Positions 8,029 through 17,567 of a stretch of DNA of 64,000 nucleotides are shown piece after piece. Position numbers and translations under genes: made by a program. The notes beneath the pieces are model-generated. The model saw nothing but the letters and a program-made list of their open reading frames with translations, was not told the origin of the DNA and ran no database searches. Position 1 is the stretch's first letter. Each line of letters begins with the position of its first letter. Source of the DNA: Nitrospirota bacterium (GTDB taxonomy: Bacteria; Nitrospirota; JACRHJ01); assembly GCA_021789495.1 (NCBI GenBank), contig JAJYJM010000009.1, positions 4,004 through 68,003 on the forward strand. Direction: 5' to 3'.

Positions 8029-8816
8029 TGTACCCGGTACTGTTTCACATTGGCCCGTTTACCATCCACACGTACGGCGTCCTGATTGCCGCGGCGTTCC
8101 TTGTAGGGATTACGCTGGCCGCGAGGGAGGGCAAGAGAAAGGGCATAGACCCGGAACGCATGATGGATCTGGGGCTTTACATACTGATAGCGGCGATAGC
8201 CGGCTCGCGGCTTTTCCAGGTCGCGGTGGAGCACAAATATTTTTTTCAGCACCCGCTTGAGATAGTAAAAATATGGAAAGGCGGGCTCGCCTTCTACGGC
8301 GGATTTATCGGCGCGCTCTTCGCCGGGATATGGTATCTAAAGAGACACGATATGCCGGTATGGAAAGTGGGGGACGCTCTCGCGCCGTCTATCGCGCTTG
8401 GGCAGGCAATAGGACGCCTCGGATGTTTCTCGGCGGGCTGCTGCTACGGCCTCCCGACGAACGTCCCATGGGCAGTTACCTTCACCGCGCCGGGGACGCT
8501 CGCCATTCCGGGGGTGCCGCTTCACCCTACCCAGCTCTACGAGTCGTTTTCCATGTTTATCCTGTTCGCCGTGCTATGGGCGTTCAGAAAGAAAATAAAG
8601 TTCGACGGCCAGCTCTTCTGGATATACGTCATGTCGTACAGCGTTATCCGTTTCATAATCGAGAACTATCGCGGAGACGTGGAGCGCGGCTTTATCCAGA
8701 TGGGCGGCTTTAACCTCTCCACCTCCCAGGGGGTCGCCATCTTCGCTTTTCTGACTGCGGCGGTAGCCCTGGCGGCTCTTCGCGCGCAGGCAAGGAAAAA
8801 GGGCGCCGGAGTTTAA
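8028..8816 (+). CDS. lgt: Prolipoprotein diacylglyceryl transferase
   Basis: The internal ATG at 8028 overlaps the TPR stop (TAATG). The product starts MYPVLFHIGPFTIHTYG and contains GRLGCFSAGCCYG and HPTQLYES. The listed ORF start at 7902 is an upstream in-frame extension. Confidence 0.9.
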   Translation: MYPVLFHIGPFTIHTYGVLIAAAFLVGITLAAREGKRKGIDPERMMDLGLYILIAAIAGSRLFQVAVEHKYFFQHPLEIVKIWKGGLAFYGGFIGALFAGIWYLKRHDMPVWKVGDALAPSIALGQAIGRLGCFSAGCCYGLPTNVPWAVTFTAPGTLAIPGVPLHPTQLYESFSMFILFAVLWAFRKKIKFDGQLFWIYVMSYSVIRFIIENYRGDVERGFIQMGGFNLSTSQGVAIFAFLTAAVALAALRAQARKKGAGV

Positions 8817-8831
8817 AAGCGGGCAAACCTG

Positions 8832-9122
8832 ATGCAGAGAGCCTGCGACATAGGAAAAAGGAACAAGCTGGACCCGGTGCTGAGGCGCTGGGTCCTGTTC
8901 TTTGCATCGATTTTCGGCCTCGCGGGCCTTATCGGCGGGTTTTACCTGGGCTTCGGGTTCGTAACTTCGGAGGCGGCCCTGCGCTCCCCGCTTATGGAGA
9001 AGCTGTTCCTCAATACCTTCATCGCCATATCCTGCGCCGCAGCCGGGATGATTTTCGGCGCATTCACGGGGAGCACTATTTACAGGATAATAGAGCGCTC
9101 ACGGCGCGTAAAACGGACTTGA
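8832..9122 (+). CDS. Small hypothetical membrane protein (2 predicted TM helices)
   Basis: 96 aa with two hydrophobic stretches and a basic C-terminus. I recognise no family. Confidence 0.4.
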   Translation: MQRACDIGKRNKLDPVLRRWVLFFASIFGLAGLIGGFYLGFGFVTSEAALRSPLMEKLFLNTFIAISCAAAGMIFGAFTGSTIYRIIERSRRVKRT

Positions 9123-9178
9123 CCCCACCCCGGCGCGCGTTTTTTGTATGGATTTTTACTAAAAATTCCCCCCTTCCC

Positions 9179-9207
9179 TTGACAATACGGCCCGATTACG
9201 TTATCTC
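9179..9207 (+). promoter_or_regulatory. sigma70-type promoter candidate (TTGACA - 17 nt - TATCTC)
   Basis: The hexamers were read directly, upstream of the bacterioferritin-like gene. Confidence 0.35.
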
Positions 9208-9243
9208 TTTAAAAACACCCTTTTCACTTTCCGGAGGAAAATC

Positions 9244-9663
9244 ATGGCGAGCAAAAAGTTGATGGGAATGCTAAACGACGCTATCGCGCGGGAATTACAG
9301 GTTAGTATCCAGTACATGTGGCAGCATGTCGTAATACGCGGCATAAATTCCGAATCCGTCGGCGGGACTATAAAAAGTATCTCGATAGCCGAGATGAAAC
9401 ACGCCGAAAAGATTGCGGAAAGGCTCGATTACTTGGGCGGAGTTCCCACGACCAAGCCGACGTCCATAGAGGTCGGAGGCGAAACGAAGGAAATGCTGAC
9501 CCTCGACAGACAGGCGGAAGAGGACGCGATAAAGCTTTACAAGGAAATCGCCGCCCTTGCCGACAAGGAAGGGGACATCGTTACCAGGAAACTTTTTGAA
9601 GACATTCTCGCGGAAGAAGAAGACCACCATAATACGTTCGGCACACTGCTCGAGAAGGACTGA
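9244..9663 (+). CDS. Bacterioferritin-like (ferritin-like diiron) protein
   Basis: 139 aa. ARELQVSIQYMWQH ... EMKHAEKIAERLDYLGG ... EEEDHH match the Bfr/ferritin-like helix-bundle ligand pattern. It is shorter than a canonical Bfr. Confidence 0.75.
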   Translation: MASKKLMGMLNDAIARELQVSIQYMWQHVVIRGINSESVGGTIKSISIAEMKHAEKIAERLDYLGGVPTTKPTSIEVGGETKEMLTLDRQAEEDAIKLYKEIAALADKEGDIVTRKLFEDILAEEEDHHNTFGTLLEKD

Positions 9664-9674
9664 TAATAAATTAT

Positions 9675-10076
9675 TTATCTTATCTCGCCGTTTGCCCATC
9701 GGTCTATCCGGTTCATAAGGGCGGGTTCCAGGTCGAGGAACCGGATCCCGCCCCTGCTTACCCTACCTTCTCCCCTTTTGAAACTGCCGGCCCACATAAC
9801 CCTTACCCGGCACTTGATTGCCGATTCAGTCCCAGGCAGGGTAAATTCCATGTCAAGTTCGTCCCCTTCGGCTATCGGCATATAGGTGTGGATAAGCATA
9901 CCGGTGCGGCTTATGTTCTGGGCATGACCAAAAAACTGCCTCCCGGCGTCCATCACCGGCGTTATGGTGATGACGCGGCCAGTAGAGCTTCTCCTGAAGC
10001 CGTACCTCTTCTCCAAACCCGTTGCGCTCATGTCCCCCCTCCCCCCCGGTCTCCGGTTATAACCGCGCATAATCAT
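9675..10076 (-). CDS. PilZ domain protein (c-di-GMP receptor candidate)
   Basis: 133 aa. The RxxxR motif is RYGFR and the (D/N)xSxxG motif is NISRTG. The length is typical of a single-domain PilZ. Confidence 0.75.
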   Translation of the reverse strand: MIMRGYNRRPGGRGDMSATGLEKRYGFRRSSTGRVITITPVMDAGRQFFGHAQNISRTGMLIHTYMPIAEGDELDMEFTLPGTESAIKCRVRVMWAGSFKRGEGRVSRGGIRFLDLEPALMNRIDRWANGEIR

Positions 10077-10127
10077 TATTTGCTAAAAAACCGCATAAGT
10101 CAAGAACCTCGGGCAGAAAAGTTCCTG

Positions 10128-10157
10128 TTGACAAGCAAGTGCCTTTTGGGCTAAATT
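10128..10157 (+). promoter_or_regulatory. sigma70-type promoter candidate for the tRNA (TTGACA - 18 nt - TAAATT)
   Basis: TTGACA is at 10128-10133 and TAAATT at 10152-10157. The tRNA 5' end at 10171 is 14 nt downstream. Confidence 0.45.
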
Positions 10158-10170
10158 ATCATTCTTTCAG

Positions 10171-10247
10171 GGCGGTGTAGCTCAGGTGGTCAGAGCATGC
10201 GGCTCATATCCGCAGTGTCCGGGGTTCAAATCCCTGCACCGCCACCA
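10171..10247 (+). tRNA. tRNA with anticodon CAT: elongator tRNA-Met or lysidine-dependent tRNA-Ile2. It is not an initiator. CCA is encoded.
   Basis: Cloverleaf folded by hand. The acceptor stem is GGCGGTG/CACCGCC and the D-arm GCTC..GAGC. The anticodon arm is TGCGG-CTCATAT-CCGCA and the T-arm CGGGG-TTCAAAT-CCCTG. Discriminator A and CCA follow. G1-C72 is paired, so it is not a bacterial initiator. Confidence 0.9.
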
Positions 10248-10252
10248 GAAAC

Positions 10253-10277
10253 AAAACCCTCCGGCCGGGAGGGTTTT
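10253..10277 (+). terminator. Intrinsic terminator-like hairpin after the tRNA. Its 3' arm contains the tilS Shine-Dalgarno.
   Basis: The sequence is AAAACCCTCC-ggccg-GGAGGGTTTT. The GGAGG at 10268-10272 lies 9 nt upstream of the tilS ATG at 10282. Confidence 0.6.
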
Positions 10278-10281
10278 CCAT

Positions 10282-11730
10282 ATGTCTGAAAATATCCGAC
10301 GCCTGTCTACAGGTCTCATCTCAAAAATCAGAAAGTGCTGCCACGCACACAGGATGTTCGAGCCGGGCGATACGGTGGCGGCGGCGGTCTCCGGCGGCCC
10401 GGACTCCGTCGCCATGCTGCACGGCCTCCTGGAGATGAAGGACGAACTCGGCATCTCCATCTCCGTGGCGCATCTCGACCACGGTTTCAGGGAAGAGTCC
10501 GCCGCAGAGGCCCGGTTCGTCGGAAGAATGGCCGAATCCCTGGGACTGCCGTTTTATACCGAAAAAGCCCGGTTAAAGGAACGGTTCGAAGGGCTCTCCG
10601 TAAACAGACAGGCTAAGGCAAGGGAAGCCCGTTACGAGTTCCTTGAGCGGGCGGCCATAGCCTTGAAGGCCGGTAAGATTGCCATTGCCCATACAGCCGA
10701 CGACCAGGCGGAGACGGTCCTTATGCGGCTTATTCGCGGTTCCGGCACGCAGGGCATTGCCGCCATACCGCCGATTAGGGAAAGGATAGTCAGGCCACTG
10801 ATATACGCAACCAGAAGCGAGGTGGAGGACTATCTCGCTGGGAAAAATATCGAAAGCGTATCCGACCCGTCCAACTTAAAGAAAGTATACTTAAGAAACC
10901 ACATCCGGCTTGAGCTTATGCCCGCGCTCAGGGCATACAACCCGCGCATTACGGAGGCCCTCTCTAAAATGGCGGAGCTTCTGCGGGCGGACGAGGAGTT
11001 CCTGGAGACCTGCGCCGGGGAGTCGTTTGAGTCGATTGCCGCGCGGCATAGCCCCGAATATATCGCGCTCGACCTGGGCGGGTTTGAGAAACTCCCGGAG
11101 GCCATAAAGAGGCGCGTCCTCCGGCTCGCGGTGGAGGAAATCAAGGGAGATACGTTCGGCCTTTCATACGAACATGTCCTGAATGCCGTAAATGAAATAT
11201 CCGAAGGCCATACGGGCCGGGGAATAGACATTCCGGGCGGCCTGCGGGTGGAGAAAAACTACCGGAAAATCCTGGTGCATATTCCCCATGAGGAGCCGCC
11301 TTTCAGTTGTTCCCTGCCCACGCCTGAAGCCGGGGTGTCGTCATCTGCTGAGATTCCCGGCCTGGGGCTTAAGATTGAGGCGGAGGCGCTTCCGGAAACG
11401 GCTGCCTGGGCGCAAATAATCGCCTCGGATGATAAAAACACGGCGTTATTCGACGCCGGCAGGCTGGCAGGGCCTCTGACTATACGAAACCGCAGGCCGG
11501 GAGACTTTTTTTATCCCGCGGGAATGGAAGGGAGAAAGAAACTCAAGGAATATTTCATGGATCTGAAGCTTCCGAGGGCCTTGAGGTCTCGCGTGCCGCT
11601 CCTTGAGTGCGGCGGAGAGATTGCCTGGGTCGTGGGATACAGGCGGGACGGGAGGTTTATGCCTGGGCCGGAAACAAAGAAATTCATAAGGGTCAAAACC
11701 TGGATTCCCGATAAAATCATTCGGGAATGA
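10282..11730 (+). CDS. tilS: tRNA(Ile)-lysidine synthetase
   Basis: The PP-loop is AVSGGPDSVAML, and the product of about 482 aa has a TilS C-terminal domain. The start is set at the ATG at 10282, because the listed ORF start at 10186 runs through the tRNA gene. Confidence 0.9.
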   Translation: MSENIRRLSTGLISKIRKCCHAHRMFEPGDTVAAAVSGGPDSVAMLHGLLEMKDELGISISVAHLDHGFREESAAEARFVGRMAESLGLPFYTEKARLKERFEGLSVNRQAKAREARYEFLERAAIALKAGKIAIAHTADDQAETVLMRLIRGSGTQGIAAIPPIRERIVRPLIYATRSEVEDYLAGKNIESVSDPSNLKKVYLRNHIRLELMPALRAYNPRITEALSKMAELLRADEEFLETCAGESFESIAARHSPEYIALDLGGFEKLPEAIKRRVLRLAVEEIKGDTFGLSYEHVLNAVNEISEGHTGRGIDIPGGLRVEKNYRKILVHIPHEEPPFSCSLPTPEAGVSSSAEIPGLGLKIEAEALPETAAWAQIIASDDKNTALFDAGRLAGPLTIRNRRPGDFFYPAGMEGRKKLKEYFMDLKLPRALRSRVPLLECGGEIAWVVGYRRDGRFMPGPETKKFIRVKTWIPDKIIRE

Positions 11731-11731
11731 C
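11701..11731. repeat. TGGATTCCCG...CGGGAATGAC hairpin-repeat unit that forms the last 9 codons and the stop codon of tilS
   Basis: TGGATTCCCGATAAAATCATTCGGGAATGAC matches the intergenic units at 30119-30149 and 56755-80. It also matches the inverted copy at 35994-36046. Confidence 0.75.
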
Positions 11732-11743
11732 GAGCGTGAATAC

Positions 11744-11795
11744 GGATTCTTCGCGGAGCCTGCCCTGAGCATAGCCGAATGGGGCTCAGAATGAC
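11744..11795. repeat. Hairpin-repeat unit GGATTCTTCGCGGAGCCTGCCCTGAGCATAGCCGAATGGGGCTCAGAATGAC
   Basis: It is nearly identical to 12374-12424, and the two direct copies flank hpt. Confidence 0.85.
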
Positions 11796-11838
11796 AACAA
11801 TCCCTATAGAATGACAGCACATGAACGGAGGATTACAG

Positions 11839-12366
11839 ATGCCAAATTACGGCAAGGTGGTATTTTCCAAGGCTGAGATACAAAAGAGGGTGCTGGAGCT
11901 TGGAGAGAGGATTTCAAAGGATTACAAGGGAGAGGACTTACTGCTCGTCGGGGTTATGAAGGGCGCGTTCATTTTCATGGCCGACCTTGCCCGCGCTATC
12001 AGCATACCCGTATCGATAGACTATATCGGCATCTCGGCGTTCCATTCGCGCTCAAAGGGCCGGGGCGCCGTCAGGCTGTCCTCGGATTTGAACGAGAACA
12101 TATCCGGCAAGAACGTCCTCATCGTCGAAGACATCATAAACAGCGGCCTGACAGTGGAGTATATTATAAACAACCTTAGGGCGCGCGAGCCGAAGAGCGT
12201 AAAAATCTGCACCCTCCTCGACAAAACGGACAAGCGCAGAAACGACTTCCGCCCGGACTACGCCGGTTTTACCATCCCGAACATTTATGTAATCGGCTAC
12301 GGTCTGGACTACCAGGACAGTTACAGGAACCTGCCCTACATCGCGGCCCTGGAAGAGAATGCGTGA
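11839..12366 (+). CDS. hpt: Hypoxanthine-guanine phosphoribosyltransferase
   Basis: The PRPP-binding motif is VLIVEDIINSGLT, and the C-terminal part has FVIGYGLDY-type sequence (YVIGYGLDY). The start is set at the ATG at 11839, which has GGAGG 7 nt upstream. The listed ORF starts at 11821. Confidence 0.9.
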   Translation: MPNYGKVVFSKAEIQKRVLELGERISKDYKGEDLLLVGVMKGAFIFMADLARAISIPVSIDYIGISAFHSRSKGRGAVRLSSDLNENISGKNVLIVEDIINSGLTVEYIINNLRAREPKSVKICTLLDKTDKRRNDFRPDYAGFTIPNIYVIGYGLDYQDSYRNLPYIAALEENA

Positions 12367-12373
12367 AAAATGA

Positions 12374-12424
12374 GGATTCTTCGCGGAGCCTGCCCTGAGC
12401 ATAGTCGAATTGACTCAGAGTGAC
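12374..12424. repeat. Second copy of the hairpin-repeat unit flanking hpt
   Basis: GGATTCTTCGCGGAGCCTGCCCTGAGCATAGTCGAATTGACTCAGAGTGAC has only a few mismatches relative to 11744-11795. Confidence 0.85.
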
Positions 12425-12456
12425 AGCTTTTTCTAGCCCTTATCATTCACGTCTTT

Positions 12457-13794
12457 TCATTCGCTCCCTCCGCCGCACGCGAGCATCCCCTTCGCGCAAC
12501 ATATTTCGAGGAAAATCTCGACCATATCCGGGTCGAACTGGCTCCCGGCGCAGTATTTTAGTTCCTGTATCGCGTTATCCACGCCTATCGACGGCCTGTA
12601 GGGCCTGTCGTAGGTCATCGTGTCGAATGCGTCAGCGACGGCAAGCGCCCGCGCCATTAGCGGTATATCGCCGCCCCTAAGGCCGGCCGGGTAACCGCCT
12701 CCGTCCCAGCGCTCGTGGTGGTGCCGCACCGCTGGGATAATGTCGGCAAGCTCCTTTATGGGCGAGAGTATCTCGCAGCCCTTGTCGGGATGCTTCTTTA
12801 TAAGCTCAATATCCTCAGAGGTAAGCCTCTCCGTCTTCTCGAGAAGCGTATCGTATGTGCCTATCTTGCCTATGTCGTGCAGGAGGCCAGCCAGGCGTAT
12901 CCGTTCTATCGACCTCTGGTCCATACTCAGCCGCTCGCCAATCGCCGCCGCGTATCTGGCCACACGCTCCGAATGGCCCTTCGTCCAGGGGCTTTTCGCG
13001 TCGATGGCGGAGGACAAGGCGTGGATGATGTCCATCGAGAGGCTTTCGAGGTCCGATATGAGCCTGCTGTTCTGGAGGGCCACGGAGATCTGGCGCGCCA
13101 CGCCTTTAAGAATACGCATGTCCGATGCAGAAGGCAAAACGTCCGGCGGCAAGTAAAAATTCATAACCCCAAGGACGGCGTCTTCGGATTTTATCGGTAT
13201 TATAATATGCCCGTGGGCCTTCATGCCGTTGTAGCTCGCGGTATGGTCGGGGTCGTTCATGCAGTTGCGCGAGATTATGCTCTTCCCTCCCAGGGCGGCC
13301 TTGCCGCACAGACAGTAACCCAGGGGAATGCATTCTTCTTCCTGGGCCAGTTCAGGGTCCAGGTTCAACGACGCGGCCATCCGAAGGGCGCGTTTATCCC
13401 CTTGCTCTTCCACGAGAAAGACAATCCCCTTTTTCATAACGTCAAGGAAATGAAGGTTTATCACCTCCCCCAGGGTTTCTTCCAGCATCTTTCCCTGGTC
13501 TTTGTTTTTTGAGATTATCCTGGATATGGAATTGAGCGCGGAAAGCTCGCGGTTTCTCCGTATTATCTCTTTTTTCTTCCTGTGGTCGTCATAACGCATC
13601 CGGCCAGCCACGGCCCCGGTAAACGCAAAAACAACCACGGCGCCAAGCAGATACAGCCTGAAAACAGGCTGGCTGTCGATGCGGACGGACGGGAAAAATG
13701 CGTTAATCAGGGAATAGAACAGGAAACCGGTGGCGCCGATTGCAGCGCCGCCGAGAGCGAATTTCACGGACAGGCTTAAACTTAATCTCCGCAA
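12457..13794 (-). CDS. Membrane-anchored GAF + HD-GYP domain protein (putative c-di-GMP phosphodiesterase)
   Basis: 445 aa with two N-terminal TM segments and a central GAF-like region. The HD-GYP signature is HSERVA...LLHDIGK...HHHERWDGGGYPAGL. Confidence 0.85.
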   Translation of the reverse strand: MRRLSLSLSVKFALGGAAIGATGFLFYSLINAFFPSVRIDSQPVFRLYLLGAVVVFAFTGAVAGRMRYDDHRKKKEIIRRNRELSALNSISRIISKNKDQGKMLEETLGEVINLHFLDVMKKGIVFLVEEQGDKRALRMAASLNLDPELAQEEECIPLGYCLCGKAALGGKSIISRNCMNDPDHTASYNGMKAHGHIIIPIKSEDAVLGVMNFYLPPDVLPSASDMRILKGVARQISVALQNSRLISDLESLSMDIIHALSSAIDAKSPWTKGHSERVARYAAAIGERLSMDQRSIERIRLAGLLHDIGKIGTYDTLLEKTERLTSEDIELIKKHPDKGCEILSPIKELADIIPAVRHHHERWDGGGYPAGLRGGDIPLMARALAVADAFDTMTYDRPYRPSIGVDNAIQELKYCAGSQFDPDMVEIFLEICCAKGMLACGGGSE

Positions 13795-13960
13795 TGATAT
13801 AACCTCATTGCCTCGTATTATTTTCTCGATTAACCTGACCGGTGCAATTTACTATAACCGAAAGAAACTGTCAACCCAAAAGGCGTCTTGTTTTATATTG
13901 TTTATGCATTCGCAATATGTTATATTTTATTGTTAAATTGTGTAATTCGACGGAGGTTTA

Positions 13961-15861
<1,901 letters not shown>

Positions 15862-15862
<1 letters not shown>

Positions 15863-16770
15863 TGGACCGCAGCGCCGCGTCGGTAACCATACCTCGCCTC
15901 CGGATGAAAGACGGCGTCCTCGATCTCTCAAGGACGCGCATCATGGGAGTTATCAACGTAACGCCTGATTCCTTCTCCGACGTGGGCCGGTTTTTCCAAA
16001 ATAACTCCAAAGCGATAGAGGCCGCGCTCCATATGGCGGAAGACGGCGCGGACATCATCGACGTTGGCGGGGAATCCACCAGGCCGGGCGCCGGGGCCGT
16101 CTCGCAGGAAGAAGAGACGGCGCGTGTCCTGCCGGTAATCGAAGGCATAAGGAAACACTCCGGCATCCCCGTTTCGATAGACACGTTCAAATCCGCCACG
16201 GCCCGTGCCGCAATCAAAGCCGGGGCGTCCATGATAAACGATACAACCGGCCTGATGTTCGACCCTGCGATGGCGGAAGTTGCCGCAAAAACCGGCGCGG
16301 CTGTCGTCATAATGCACATAAAGGGAACGCCCGCCGACATGCAGGCCGACCCGCAATATACTGACCTACTTGGGGAAGTGAAGGGATATTTAAAGGCCGG
16401 CATCGACAGGGCGCTCAAAGCGGGGGTTCCCGAAGACAGCATATCAATCGACCCCGGGATAGGCTTCGGAAAGACTCTCGAACATAACCTTGAGCTTATA
16501 GCGAGACTCGGCGAACTGGCGGGGCTCGGTTATCCCGTGGTTCTGGGGGTGTCGAGGAAGGCTTTCATAGGAAAACTGACCGGCGGGGCGCCCGTTTTCG
16601 ACAGGCTGGAAGGCACCATCTCCGCGTCCGTGCTGGGAATAGCCAACGGCGCGAATATCATCCGCGCGCACGACGTCAAGGCCGTCCGCCGCGCGGCTGA
16701 TGTGGCGGACGCGATACTGAGGGCGGGAAGCCCTCACCCCCTACCCCTCTCCCGGAGGGTGAGGGGTTAA
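15862..16770 (+). CDS. folP: Dihydropteroate synthase
   Basis: MGVINVTPDSFSD, DIIDVGGESTRPG and DPGIGFGK are classic pterin-binding motifs. The start overlaps the ftsH stop (TGATG). The last ~12 codons lie in a CCCTCACCC/GGGTGAGGG hairpin element. Confidence 0.92.
16731..16765. repeat. CCCTCACCC ... GGGTGAGGG inverted repeat that encodes the folP C-terminal tail
   Basis: The arms are 16731-16739 and 16757-16765. A compositionally similar CT/GA-rich hairpin lies at 60479-60523. Confidence 0.6.
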
Positions 16771-16785
16771 TTCTAACGGAGCTTT

Positions 16786-17550
16786 ATGCTTGAGGCGATA
16801 AGGGACATACGAGTATGGGACGCACTGGACATCATAGTCGTCGCGTTCATACTCTACCGCGTGTTCCTCCTTATAAAGGGGACGCGGGCGGTGCAGATGA
16901 TGTTCGGCCTGGGGATAATCCTGCTCGCGCTGATATTCTCGCGCTGGGTTGGGCTTTATACGCTGAACTGGCTCGTCCAGAGCTTCATGACGCAGATAGT
17001 CCTGGTAGTCCTCGTCCTGTTCCAGCCGGAGCTTCGACGCGCGCTGGCGCACATGGGGGAGAACACGCTTTTTTCGTCGCTCTCGCCCATCGAGTCATCG
17101 AAATTTCTCGACGAGATAGTCAAGGCGGCGGTATCGCTCGCCAACAGGCGCATAGGCGCGCTTATAGTCCTGGAACGGGAGACGGATCTTAAAAACATAA
17201 TCGACATGGGCACGCCCCTGGAGGCGAAGGTCAGCAAGGAGCTGCTGCTAAGCATCTTCCACCCGACCTCGCCCCTGCACGACGGCGCGGTAGTGGTGCA
17301 GGAGGGCCGGATAGCCGCGGCGGGGTGTTTTCTGCCGCTTTCCATGAGCCCCACTGTGGCAAAGGAACTCGGCACCCGCCACAGGGCGGCCATCGGCCTG
17401 ACGGAGGAGACGGACGCCTTCGTCATAGTCGTCTCGGAGGAGACCGGAACCATATCCGTCGTGCAGGGCGGAAGGCTCACCCGCGATCTCGACGCCGTAA
17501 CGCTCAGGCGCGCCCTTACGGGGATATTCAAGACCACTAAAAAGAAATAA
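16786..17550 (+). CDS. cdaA: Diadenylate cyclase (c-di-AMP synthase), membrane-anchored CdaA type
   Basis: 254 aa with three N-terminal TM helices. The DAC domain motifs are GALIVLERE, PLHDGAVVV, GTRHRAAIGLTEETDA and SEETGTISV. Confidence 0.92.
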   Translation: MLEAIRDIRVWDALDIIVVAFILYRVFLLIKGTRAVQMMFGLGIILLALIFSRWVGLYTLNWLVQSFMTQIVLVVLVLFQPELRRALAHMGENTLFSSLSPIESSKFLDEIVKAAVSLANRRIGALIVLERETDLKNIIDMGTPLEAKVSKELLLSIFHPTSPLHDGAVVVQEGRIAAAGCFLPLSMSPTVAKELGTRHRAAIGLTEETDAFVIVVSEETGTISVVQGGRLTRDLDAVTLRRALTGIFKTTKKK

Positions 17551-17567
17551 CAGGGGGATCATTTCAA

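Noticed and set aside
10186-10281. N-terminal 32-codon extension of the tilS ORF as listed in the track
   Set aside because: The extension runs through the tRNA(CAT) gene and its terminator. The ATG at 10282 has a proper GGAGG and yields a normal TilS N-terminus.
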